DNA of 63,881 nt, counting the filler, from an uncultured Ignavibacteriales bacterium (GTDB taxonomy: Bacteria; Zixibacteria; MSB-5A5; GN15; JAAZOE01): the NCBI GenBank assembly GCA_964611355.1. It is 3 parts of 3 records of this genome, joined end to end, with 100 filler letters (N's around TTAATTAATTAA, not from the genome) between each part and the next. Parts side by side here need not be neighbours in the genome. Positions count along the whole stretch, not along the records: positions 46,539 to 63,881 come from CAZSYD010000049.1; 2 more parts are not named here. One strand, 5' to 3'. A model generated the notes under the pieces. The model worked only from the letters and a program-made list of their open reading frames with translations. It had not been told where the DNA came from and did not search any database. Positions 46,988 to 56,341 of the stretch are shown here, piece by piece. Numbering within the stretch: position 1 is the first letter of the stretch; each line of letters starts with the position of its first letter. The translations under genes and the position numbers were made by a program.

Positions 46988-49127
46988 CGCGAGAGGGACT
47001 TGAGTTTATATTTATGCGGTGGCGAATGGCGCCTTCGCTCAATCCCAGGCGGCGGGCGACCTCGCGGCGATTCCAGTCGGTCTGGTTGAGCAAATCAAGG
47101 AGCTGTCTCTGCTCGGACGTGGCGTTGCGTGACGCGGCCTCCGCCATGCGGCCGATATTGCCTTTCGACAGCAGGGCCAGCCGCCGCACCTCGGCCTTGA
47201 ACTGGCGGATATTGCCCGGCCAGTCGCCTGCCGACAGAACCTTAATCAGGCGGTCGAAAGCGCCGGTGCAATCATTGCGGGCAGTATTCAGATCGGATAT
47301 GTTCAGGAAATATACAAGCAGGGCCGCAACATCATCGAGGCGGTCGCCAAGCGGCGGCAGCGTAATCGGAATCTCGCACAGGCGGTGATAAAGGTCGGCG
47401 CGAAACTTTGATTCATGAATACGCTTTTCAAGATCATGATTGGTGGCAGCGATCAGCCGGAAAGCGACTCGCCGTTCTTTTGTCTCACCCAGTCTGCGGA
47501 TTTTTCTTCGTTCCAGGACGTCAAGCAGCTTGGCCTGAAACTCCGGCGAAGCGTCAGCGACCTCGTTCAGATACAGCGTTCCGCCGTCAGCTTCTTCAAT
47601 AAGCCCGATTTTATCCCTGTCGGCGCCGGTGTATGCTCCTTTTCTATACCCGAACAGTTCGGCCTCGATCATGTTGTCAGGGATGGCGGCGGTGTTGACC
47701 AGGATAAATCCGCCAACGCGCCCGGAATGATAATGAATATAGCGTGCGAATAAATCCTTGCCGGTTCCGGTTGGCCCGGTGAGGAGTACCGACATTTCCG
47801 ATTCGGCTATATGCCCGGCCATATCGACGAGTTTTTTCATGGCCGGATTAGCGGTTATGATTTTCGGCTCTTCGCCGTGCGAATCAGCCGGACGGGAGGT
47901 TCCACGCCGCGTCATCTTCATTTCGGCGTCGATCTTTTTGAGAAACGGTAAAACGTCTTCGCTCTCAAAATATTCCCGCGCCAGGTATAAAAGAGCCTGC
48001 CGTTCGCCGTTCTGGTATAAACCTGATACGGCGGCAAGGTACCGGGTCGCCGCCAACTCGTATCGTGAGCCGATCATGGCGAAAATTTCAATCGCCTTTT
48101 TGAACCAATGACAAGATTTGTTATCGTTGCCGTTTATATTCTCAAGTTGAGCGTAAATGCGGTAGCAGGCCGCGATCTCGACCCGTTCGTTTATTTTTTC
48201 AGATACGGCCAGAGCTTCATCGGCGTACGTTTTTGCCCGGCCAAATTCGCCCTGTCCCAGGCAGGCGTCGCCAAGCCGCCTTTTTATTTGCGAAACCAAG
48301 GCCGATTCCGGAGCGATTTCAAGCGATAATTCCAAGCCTTTTATTAAGGCCTTTTCGGCGTTATTGTAGTCTTCTTTTAGCAGATGAATCCATCCGAGAT
48401 TTTCGTAGTAAATCGCCTGCTCGCGAGCGTACCCGTCAAGGTATAGTGTAGCCTTTTTGATTGTCTGAAGCGCGGTTTTGATGTCCCCTTTCAGGGCGTG
48501 GGAAATAGCCGACATAATAAGGAATATTGATGAGTCTTTGTCGCTTAAGCTTGCCATCTTGAATTCAATTTTTCTATATATAGCCAATGATTCGTTGAAA
48601 CTCCCCAGTGAATAGTATAATACCGCTAAGTTTATTGATACCATTAACTTGGCTTTTTCATCCCGGATATGGTCGTGTAGCCCGATACATTTTTGTAAAT
48701 ATGAGATTGCAGATTCAGCGTCGCCAATATGATGGGCTATAAAGCTGAGACGATTTAGTGCGCGTGCCTGTCCCGAGTAATTGTCGCATCTTTTATATCC
48801 GGTATATGATTCAAGAAGAACTTCTTTGGCTTCAAAAAGTTTTCCCAATGATACGAGCAACAAGCCATGTAAGAACTTGGCGCGGGCGAACTTATCATTT
48901 TCAAGGCTGTTTCTGTAATAATCAAGCGCGTAATTGAGGTTATCTTCTATGTGATAGTTGCCCAGATAAAGATTGGCTTCAGCCAGCAGAAGATTGGCAA
49001 ATGCCTTTTCTTCGGGAGAAATCGAGTTTGAATCGATTTCTCTCAATTTTACTATCGCGTCTTTGAACTTCTTATTTTGAAGAAGCTCCTCGGCGGCTTG
49101 TAGTCGATGTGAGGTAGTTGTTTTCAT
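46944..49127 (-). CDS. TPR-repeat sigma54-interacting transcriptional regulator (TPR-AAA+-HTH)
   Basis: About 400 aa of TPR-like helices; GPTGTGKD Walker A, ELFG..KGAYTGA, RLIAATN, FRADLYHRL, WPGNIRQ, Fis-type HTH. Confidence 0.92.
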   Translation of the reverse strand: MKTTTSHRLQAAEELLQNKKFKDAIVKLREIDSNSISPEEKAFANLLLAEANLYLGNYHIEDNLNYALDYYRNSLENDKFARAKFLHGLLLVSLGKLFEAKEVLLESYTGYKRCDNYSGQARALNRLSFIAHHIGDAESAISYLQKCIGLHDHIRDEKAKLMVSINLAVLYYSLGSFNESLAIYRKIEFKMASLSDKDSSIFLIMSAISHALKGDIKTALQTIKKATLYLDGYAREQAIYYENLGWIHLLKEDYNNAEKALIKGLELSLEIAPESALVSQIKRRLGDACLGQGEFGRAKTYADEALAVSEKINERVEIAACYRIYAQLENINGNDNKSCHWFKKAIEIFAMIGSRYELAATRYLAAVSGLYQNGERQALLYLAREYFESEDVLPFLKKIDAEMKMTRRGTSRPADSHGEEPKIITANPAMKKLVDMAGHIAESEMSVLLTGPTGTGKDLFARYIHYHSGRVGGFILVNTAAIPDNMIEAELFGYRKGAYTGADRDKIGLIEEADGGTLYLNEVADASPEFQAKLLDVLERRKIRRLGETKERRVAFRLIAATNHDLEKRIHESKFRADLYHRLCEIPITLPPLGDRLDDVAALLVYFLNISDLNTARNDCTGAFDRLIKVLSAGDWPGNIRQFKAEVRRLALLSKGNIGRMAEAASRNATSEQRQLLDLLNQTDWNRREVARRLGLSEGAIRHRININSSPSRVRNVTHSPRNFTQP

Positions 49128-49407
49128 TATCTGATACTTCTTTGTTTTCCTGAGGATTTACTATTATTGAAATAACGTATTCCCAGGCAAATCCGGCGAT
49201 TGGACTGATGCTTGATACGCTAAATAGCGCGAAATTCTTGCTGTTTCCATTATCGGGAATGGATGAATTGTATGTATCTACCCATCCGCTTTCATCGCCT
49301 TCGTAGATATCGTCCCTGTAACGGCCGGGATTGTCTGCGGATACCGGTAAGGCGAATAAGAAGCAACAGAATGCCGCCAGCAGTATCCCTGTTATTAACC
49401 GTTTCAT
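49072..49407 (-). CDS. Small secreted protein / candidate signalling pro-peptide (111 aa)
   Basis: GGAGGAG RBS; Sec signal peptide MKRLITGILLAAFCCFLFALPVSA; 3' end overlaps the start of the TPR-bEBP gene by 56 nt. Confidence 0.75.
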   Translation of the reverse strand: MKRLITGILLAAFCCFLFALPVSADNPGRYRDDIYEGDESGWVDTYNSSIPDNGNSKNFALFSVSSISPIAGFAWEYVISIIVNPQENKEVSDNENNYLTSTTSRRGASSK

Positions 49408-49475
49408 AATATTAACTCCTCCGATCCGACTAAATACCGAAGCCGGATCGTCAAACATTTTTATCGACTCTATTC

Positions 49476-49506
49476 AAAAGCGCCGCCCGAAATCAAACAG
49501 GCGGCG
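49476..49506 (-). terminator. Hairpin plus short U-tract in the leader of the small secreted protein gene
   Basis: CGCCGCC...GGCGGCG stem followed by CTTTT on the minus strand. Confidence 0.45.
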
Positions 49507-49618
49507 GTTTATATTTTCGCTCTAATATCCGGATAGAGATATATAAAAATTTTGTGTGATAACGTAACTGTTGCGCAAGAAAAATATTCATTATTTGCCC
49601 CTGCTACCGTACCCTATA

Positions 49619-49647
49619 AGTCTAATGATTAATGCCATATCTGTCAA
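49619..49647 (-). promoter_or_regulatory. Putative sigma70 promoter of the microprotein/TPR-bEBP operon
   Basis: TTGACA, 17-nt spacer, TAGACT on the minus strand. Confidence 0.55.
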
Positions 49648-49704
49648 ATGAAAAAACGGGATTATCGCGCTATTTCCCTTAATGAAGGATATTCGCCCGC
49701 ATGG

Positions 49705-49733
49705 TTGACCTTTGATGGGTATATGGTTATATT
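49705..49733 (+). promoter_or_regulatory. Putative sigma70 promoter of rsgA
   Basis: TTGACC, 17-nt spacer, TATATT. Confidence 0.5.
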
Positions 49734-49814
49734 TCGTTTTCATTTTGGCCGATAGTTGAAATATACAAAAATCTTTTGTCTGACAGGGAGGAACATGCTA
49801 AAAAGCCGGAGAGT

Positions 49815-50720
49815 ATGTCGCAGGCGACACGAGAGGGAATAGTCACCCGCGGGCACGGGAACCGTTTTATCGTTTATTCGGATGGAGAATATTTCGACTG
49901 CCAGTTGAGAGGTCGTGTCAAGTTTAAGACCGAACAGACAACGCCGGTGGCGGTGGGCGACGACGTGATCTTTGCCGTAACCGGAGATAAGGCAGGTGTA
50001 ATTGAATCGGTAAAAAACCGTCGCGCAGTTCTTTCTCGCCCGACGGTCGGGCGCGAGGACAGGGAGCATGTTCTGGCGGCCAACATCGATGTCCTTCTGA
50101 TTGTCGTTTCGGTCAAATCCCCTCCCCTGAGGCCCGGCCTGATTGACCGTTTTATGATTGCCTCCCGGATAGGCAAACTCCGACCCGTCATAGTCATAAA
50201 CAAGATAGATCTGAAACAGGATGATGATATTGATGGTATCGCGCAAATATATGGGTCTCTGGGCTACGATTTGTTTCTTACCTCGGCGCTTAACGGCACG
50301 GGCCTTGATGATTTGCGCCGGTTTTTGAAAGACCACCGCTCGATTATGGCCGGCCATTCGGGCGTGGGAAAATCATCGCTTCTTAACCGGTTTCTTCCCG
50401 GTATTGAGTTGCATACCGAGGAAATATCCCGGGTTACCGGCAAAGGCCGTCATGCGACCAGTTTTATGCAGCTTTTCCAATTACCCGGCGGCGGCTGGGT
50501 TATTGACAGTCCGGGGATAAAAGTACTCGGTTTATGGAAAGCCGAACGGGAGATGCTTGATGAATATTATCCCGAAATGCAGCCGTATCGCGACCTTTGC
50601 CGTTTTACGGGATGCAGTCACATTTATGAACCGGACTGCGCCGTCAAGCAGGCGGTCGCAGACGGCGAAATTTCCTCTTTGCGATATCAGAACTATTGCC
50701 GAATATATGAGTCGTTATGA
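49815..50720 (+). CDS. rsgA: Ribosome small subunit-dependent GTPase A
   Basis: OB fold VGD.V, NKID, GHSGVGKSS, GKGRH, DSPG, CRFTGCSH..EPDC zinc finger. Confidence 0.95.
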   Translation: MSQATREGIVTRGHGNRFIVYSDGEYFDCQLRGRVKFKTEQTTPVAVGDDVIFAVTGDKAGVIESVKNRRAVLSRPTVGREDREHVLAANIDVLLIVVSVKSPPLRPGLIDRFMIASRIGKLRPVIVINKIDLKQDDDIDGIAQIYGSLGYDLFLTSALNGTGLDDLRRFLKDHRSIMAGHSGVGKSSLLNRFLPGIELHTEEISRVTGKGRHATSFMQLFQLPGGGWVIDSPGIKVLGLWKAEREMLDEYYPEMQPYRDLCRFTGCSHIYEPDCAVKQAVADGEISSLRYQNYCRIYESL

Positions 50721-50786
50721 TTCGAATCCGGTACAATCCGGCAAAGAAATCCTGAGTCAGGGCCGACATAATAGATAAGGAAATCT

Positions 50787-51689
50787 ATGGCTTCCAGAAA
50801 TATTGAACTGAAAGTAGGGCTTTTGGTTATCGTCGGGGCGGTAATATTTATTTTTGCCGTTTATCTCGCCAAAGGTTATCGCTATGGCCAGGAGTTCTAC
50901 GATGTATCGGTTTTGTTTCCCGAGGTCGGTGCGCTGGCCCCGGGCGATCCGGCGGCCGTTTCGGGCGTCAACAAGGGAAAAGTTAAAAAAATCAGCCTTT
51001 ACGAAGGCGACGTCCTGGTGGAATTGGAGATCGCAAGTGATATAGTCCTTAAAGAAGACGCTGTCTTCGCGGTAAAGAATATCGGTCTTATGGGTGAAAG
51101 GTTCGTGGCGATAAAAACCGGAAAGTCGGAAGCCCCGCTGGACCTGGCGATGCCGGCGCGCGGTAGTTTTGATACGGGCATACCCGAGGTTATGGGTATG
51201 ATGGGCAAAATAATCGAGAACATAAACAATCTTATCAGCCTTTTGGAACAAACCGTTATTTCACCGACTACTTTGAATAAGTTTTCTGCGACGGTTACCA
51301 GCCTGCAAAAAACAACCGCGCGACTGGAATCATCAACCGGGAAAAACATTCCCAGGGTAGATAGCGCCATAAATGACTTTGCCATGCTGGCGCGCAACCT
51401 GAAAAACGGCGTGGACCGCAACCGGCCTTATGTCGATACGGCCATCAGGAACTTCGATGCCGCTTCACACCGGTTGACTGCGATTCTGGCTAACATGGAG
51501 GGGGCCTCGGACAAACTCAACAATTTCGCCGATGATATAGAGCAGTCGGAGGGTTCGTTACGCATGTTTCTTGAAGATCGACGGTTGTACGATGATCTTC
51601 GCACGGCGGCCAAAAACCTTGACAGCCTGGTAGGCGATATCAGGGCCAATCCGAAAAAGTACATAACCTTTACCGTGGAGATTTTCTAA
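50787..51689 (+). CDS. MCE/MlaD family protein
   Basis: ELKVGL TM anchor, G.L..G.P..VSGV..GKV, GLMGERFV, helical tail ending NPKKY. Confidence 0.9.
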   Translation: MASRNIELKVGLLVIVGAVIFIFAVYLAKGYRYGQEFYDVSVLFPEVGALAPGDPAAVSGVNKGKVKKISLYEGDVLVELEIASDIVLKEDAVFAVKNIGLMGERFVAIKTGKSEAPLDLAMPARGSFDTGIPEVMGMMGKIIENINNLISLLEQTVISPTTLNKFSATVTSLQKTTARLESSTGKNIPRVDSAINDFAMLARNLKNGVDRNRPYVDTAIRNFDAASHRLTAILANMEGASDKLNNFADDIEQSEGSLRMFLEDRRLYDDLRTAAKNLDSLVGDIRANPKKYITFTVEIF

Positions 51690-51691
51690 CG

Positions 51692-53878
51692 ATGAAGTTC
51701 AAGCTGGCTTTTGGGTTGCACAATCATCAGCCTGTGGGGAATTTCGCCGCCATCTTCGAGGAAGCCCACACCAAATGCTATCTCCCCTTCCTGGAGCTGG
51801 TCAAAAAGCATCCGGCAATCAGGTTCTCGCTGCATCAGTCGGGTATCCTTTGGGATTGGCAGAAGGAGCATCATTCCGACTTTTTCGAACTGGTGGGCGG
51901 GATGGTTGACGGCGGCCGGGTTGAGCTTTTATCAGGCGCTTTTTATGAACCGATTCTTCCGGCGATTCCCGATCGGGATAAGATCGGCCAGATAAATCTG
52001 CTCAGTGCCTATCTGAAGAAACATTTTGAAGCCGATATCCGTGGAATGTGGCTGGCCGAGCGCGTCTGGGAGCCGCACCTGCCCCGGATTATTAACGAAT
52101 GCGGCCTTCATTTTCTGCCCGTGGACGATACTCACTTTAAATATGCAGGTTTGGACGGCGAACAGCTTTTTGGAACCTATATAACAGAGGAGGCGGGCAG
52201 AGCCGTTACGTTGCTGCCGATTATTAAAAAACTTCGTTACATGATACCGTTCGCCGACCCGGAAGAGGTTATTGATTTTTTGAAACAGGCGCATGGCCGA
52301 CATCCCGGCGGTCTGGCGATATACGCCGACGACGGGGAGAAATTCGGTGTCTGGCCCAACACGTATAAACATTGTTATGGTGACGGATGGCTGGAGCGGT
52401 TCTTTACCCTGCTCGAAGAAAACACTGACTGGCTCGAAGTGATACCGCTCGGCGAGGCCGTCGAAAAATCGAAATCGCTGGGCAGGGTTTATCTTCCGTC
52501 GGCGTCTTATCGCGAAATGTCGCACTGGGCGCTTCCCCCCGACAGTTATATCGCGCTGGAGGATTTCGAAGAGGAGCTGAAGTCTCATGATCTCATCAAG
52601 AAATACGGCCATTTTGTCCGCGGGGGGCATTGGCGGGGATTTCTGACCAAGTATCCCGAGGCCAACCTGATGCACAAAAAGATGCTGGCCGTTTCCGATC
52701 TTTATGAACAGGTGTTAAAACTGCCGAACGTTGATCGCTCGAAACTTGAGAAAGCTCGTAACCTGTTATATGCCGGGCAGTGCAATTGCGCTTATTGGCA
52801 TGGTGTTTTCGGAGGATTGTATTTGCCTCATCTCCGCTGGGCGATTTATCGGAAACTGATCGAGGCGGAGGCGATTCTAAGGCGGCTTTCCGGACAGGAA
52901 ATCTATGCCGCCTTTGAGGATCGCGACAGGGATGGGTATACCGACATTATCCTGGGCGGCCGGGATTTATCAATGGTCATTTGTCCCCGGCGGGGGGGAC
53001 AGATTGTAGAACTGGCCAGCATCGAGAAAAATATCAATCTGGCCGATTGTCTGACTCGTTACCGGGAAGGATATCATCGCAAGCTGATTAACCTTCATGG
53101 TAAGCCCGATAGAGATTCCGCCAAATCGATTCATGATATTGTAGCCGTCAAGGAAGAAGGGCTGGATAAGATCCTGACTGAGGATTGGTACCTCAGGCGG
53201 CCATTAACGGACCATTTTCTGACGGAAGGAACCACCGTCAAAGATTTCATGACGGGCAAGTATCACGAACTGGGCGATTTCGTCCTTGAACCGTTTGCCA
53301 CCGGTTTCACCGAAGATGATGAAAGTTACGAAGTTGCGCTAACCCGTCGGGGCAATGTCTGGCATGGTGACTTTCACTGTCCCCTGACGATGGAAAAGAA
53401 GATCGTTTTTCCCAAAAAGGGAAATCTGATTGTTATTCAGTACAGGCTTGTTCAAAACGACCTTGAGATTATGCCGATCACTTTCGGCGTCGAGTTTGAT
53501 TTCAACCTGCTGGCGCCGGAGGCGATGGATCGATATGCCTTAATCGACGGCGCCCGCCCCACCAAATACCCGCACCTTGCCGCGATTGACGAAACTCAAC
53601 ACGCTTCACAAATTACCTACGTTGATGAGTATCAGCAACTGGCAATCCGGATTGAGGCGGATCAGCGGGGCAATATCTGGCGGATGCCGATCTATACCGT
53701 ATCGCTTTCCGAAGGCGGCTTTGAGAAGATGTTCCAGGGTAATTGCACTATGTTGGTTTTTGAAAAAGCGCTTCCTTCCGGCAACGAACTCACTATTAAA
53801 TTTAACCTGTTTGCCGGGCCGCTTGATAAACTGCCGCAAAACGATCCCATTAGTCGAGTAACAGCGAATAAAACCTAA
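51692..53878 (+). CDS. GH57 alpha-amylase/4-alpha-glucanotransferase
   Basis: HNHQP, YEPILP, WLAERVWEP (nucleophile Glu), DDGEKFG (acid/base Asp), YWHGVFGG. Confidence 0.93.
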   Translation: MKFKLAFGLHNHQPVGNFAAIFEEAHTKCYLPFLELVKKHPAIRFSLHQSGILWDWQKEHHSDFFELVGGMVDGGRVELLSGAFYEPILPAIPDRDKIGQINLLSAYLKKHFEADIRGMWLAERVWEPHLPRIINECGLHFLPVDDTHFKYAGLDGEQLFGTYITEEAGRAVTLLPIIKKLRYMIPFADPEEVIDFLKQAHGRHPGGLAIYADDGEKFGVWPNTYKHCYGDGWLERFFTLLEENTDWLEVIPLGEAVEKSKSLGRVYLPSASYREMSHWALPPDSYIALEDFEEELKSHDLIKKYGHFVRGGHWRGFLTKYPEANLMHKKMLAVSDLYEQVLKLPNVDRSKLEKARNLLYAGQCNCAYWHGVFGGLYLPHLRWAIYRKLIEAEAILRRLSGQEIYAAFEDRDRDGYTDIILGGRDLSMVICPRRGGQIVELASIEKNINLADCLTRYREGYHRKLINLHGKPDRDSAKSIHDIVAVKEEGLDKILTEDWYLRRPLTDHFLTEGTTVKDFMTGKYHELGDFVLEPFATGFTEDDESYEVALTRRGNVWHGDFHCPLTMEKKIVFPKKGNLIVIQYRLVQNDLEIMPITFGVEFDFNLLAPEAMDRYALIDGARPTKYPHLAAIDETQHASQITYVDEYQQLAIRIEADQRGNIWRMPIYTVSLSEGGFEKMFQGNCTMLVFEKALPSGNELTIKFNLFAGPLDKLPQNDPISRVTANKT

Positions 53879-54085
53879 ACCCTTCTGAAATTTGTCAACC
53901 AGTCAAAGGGAGCAATATGTTCCCTTGAGAATCTCAACAAACGGCAGGGTGGTCATGGCTGCTTGTTCCGAGGCCGATAATCTTCGGGCCTGCTGGCGGC
54001 CATTGATTAAAACCTGTTGCCTTCGTGTGATCTGACGGTTATTTATATATTTGAAATTTCAAGCGTGTGGTAAGGAGAAAAGACA

Positions 54086-55282
54086 ATGGTTAATTTCATA
54101 TTTTATCTGCCGACGAAAATCATTTTTGGGCCCGGGACTATTAATCAAATCGGCGTCGAGGCCGCCCAACTTGGCAAGCGGGCGATGATTGTTACCGGCA
54201 AAAAATCAGCGGCCAGGTTCGGTATTACCGACAAGGTGATCAATTTACTGAAAAGGGAAGACGTTGAAGCAATCGTTTTCGATAAGATCGAACCAAATCC
54301 GCGGACCACTACCATAGATGAAGCCGGTGGGCTGGCCCGAAAAAATAACTGCGATTTTGTCATCGGACTGGGAGGCGGTTCGCCAATGGATGCGGCCAAG
54401 GCAATTGCAATCGCTGCTCTGGAAGCCAAACCGATCTGGGATTTCATTCCCCACGGAAAGGCTCCGTTCCGGCCGGTCAAACACGCTCTGCCGATATTGG
54501 AAATTCCCACGCTGGCGGCGACCGGTTCCGAGGCCGACGCCGGAGGCGTTTTTACCAACTGGGAAACGCGCGAAAAGGCGATGCTCTCCTCACCGCATAT
54601 GTTTCCACGAATATCAATAGTTGATCCTGAACTGACCGTTACCGTGCCGGCCGATTATACCGCTGATGGCGGCGTCGATATAATCTGCCACGTAATCGAA
54701 GAGCTTTTCACCGGCGCCGATAATTCCCCGATCCAGGATCGATTCGCTGTGGCGGTCATAAAAACGGTCATGGAAAACCTGCCGCCGGTTCTTGAGAATC
54801 CGAAAAATATCGAGGCTCGCGCCAACCTGTCATGGGCGTCGGCGGTGGCCCTTTCGGGAATGGTCAATTCCGGCCGGGGAGGTTCATACCCGATCCACGC
54901 CCTCGAACATACGCTTTCCGGACATTACGATATTTCCCACGGGCGTGGGCTGGCCCTGCTTTTGCCGGCCATAATGGAATACAGCTATAAAGCCCGCCCC
55001 GACAAATACGCCATGCTGGCCGAGGAGCTTTTTGATATCCATCGTAACGGACAGAGCGACGAAGATCTGGCTGAAAAAGGTATTGTCGAGATGAAAAATT
55101 TCCTGACTTCAATAGAACGTCTGTTGGCATTTAACGACGTTGGCATTACCGACGACTCCCGATTCGAGAAAATGGCCGACGACACGCTGCGAATCTATGG
55201 CGTTGACGGTCAATACCTGGAGAATCCAAAAAGGCTTTATAGAGACGATATCCTGACTATTTTCAGAAAATTATCCGGTTAG
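54086..55282 (+). CDS. Iron-containing alcohol dehydrogenase (BdhA/YqhD-like)
   Basis: EPNP, GGGSPMD, TLAATGSE, D...H, H.LEH, HG.GL. Confidence 0.93.
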   Translation: MVNFIFYLPTKIIFGPGTINQIGVEAAQLGKRAMIVTGKKSAARFGITDKVINLLKREDVEAIVFDKIEPNPRTTTIDEAGGLARKNNCDFVIGLGGGSPMDAAKAIAIAALEAKPIWDFIPHGKAPFRPVKHALPILEIPTLAATGSEADAGGVFTNWETREKAMLSSPHMFPRISIVDPELTVTVPADYTADGGVDIICHVIEELFTGADNSPIQDRFAVAVIKTVMENLPPVLENPKNIEARANLSWASAVALSGMVNSGRGGSYPIHALEHTLSGHYDISHGRGLALLLPAIMEYSYKARPDKYAMLAEELFDIHRNGQSDEDLAEKGIVEMKNFLTSIERLLAFNDVGITDDSRFEKMADDTLRIYGVDGQYLENPKRLYRDDILTIFRKLSG

Positions 55283-55468
55283 ACGGGTTCCGACCGCGAG
55301 CAGACATTAGTAGTTGGTTGTGTGAAAAGGAGATAAGAGCTTTTCGCATTTGCGGAAAAACGGTGGAAAGCGATTGCCTTTTGAAAACATTTGGCGTATT
55401 TTGGCGTTAAATAAAAACAGGCGGAGTGTGATTGAAGCGCGTCGCCTGTCGATATAAAGGAGTAGAGT

Positions 55469-55786
55469 TTGGACCATATCATTTTGATGTCGGCTCAACC
55501 GTCCGGAGGAAGTGGTGGAGCCGGCTCGATGCTGGTTTCGCTGGTACCGATTTTACTGATTCTTGTAATCTTCTGGCTGCTTTTGATTCGGCCCCAGCAG
55601 AAAAAACAAAAACAGCACCAAAAATTATTGTCGGAACTCAGAAAAGGTGACAGGGTTGTCACCAACAGCGGCATGTTCGGGGTTATCTCCTCGCTGAACG
55701 ATGAGAAAAATATCGTTGTCTTAAAAGTCGCTGAAAACATCAAAGTCGAGTTCTTGAAATCTTCCATTGCCGGGAAGGTTGAGTAA
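55469..55786 (+). CDS. yajC: Preprotein translocase subunit YajC
   Basis: TM followed by IRPQQKKQK and L.KGD.VVT..G..G. Confidence 0.93.
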   Translation: MDHIILMSAQPSGGSGGAGSMLVSLVPILLILVIFWLLLIRPQQKKQKQHQKLLSELRKGDRVVTNSGMFGVISSLNDEKNIVVLKVAENIKVEFLKSSIAGKVE

Positions 55787-55806
55787 CAGCAAAGTATGGA
55801 GCGGCA

Positions 55807-56313
55807 ATGGCGAGAAGTCCGATAGTTAAGTACGGAAACCCGGTTTTGCGGGAAATTTCCAAACCGGTGGAAAAAATCACCACCGAAGTCAAAGATTTGG
55901 TGGCCGATATGATGGCCACGCTAAAGGAAGCCAATGGGCTTGGTTTTGCGGCGGTACAAATTGGCGTACCGCTGCGAGTTTTCGTTGTTGATCTGTCTGC
56001 AATAGATATTACCGCCAGTCCAAAAGTTTTTATCAACCCGGAAATTCTGGAAACCAACGGAACAATAGAGTATGAAGAGGGATGTTTATCGTTTCCGGGT
56101 ATTTACCAACGGCTGGTCCGGCCGGAGCGGCTCAAAGCCAAAGCTACCGATGAGGACGGCAAAGAGTTTGTTATTGAAGCCGACGGGCTGGCTGCGCGGG
56201 CTATATTGCATGAGCACGATCATCTTGACGGAATACTTTTTATAGATCATTTTTCCGCCATAAGTCGAGCCCTTGTCGAACGCAAGCTTAAGAAACTGGC
56301 CAAATCCGCTTAA
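55807..56313 (+). CDS. def: Peptide deformylase
   Basis: G.GFAA.QIG, EGCLS, HE.DHL.G. Confidence 0.96.
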   Translation: MARSPIVKYGNPVLREISKPVEKITTEVKDLVADMMATLKEANGLGFAAVQIGVPLRVFVVDLSAIDITASPKVFINPEILETNGTIEYEEGCLSFPGIYQRLVRPERLKAKATDEDGKEFVIEADGLAARAILHEHDHLDGILFIDHFSAISRALVERKLKKLAKSA

Positions 56314-56341
56314 CTTCGCTTCTTCGCACGCCGACAAACGC

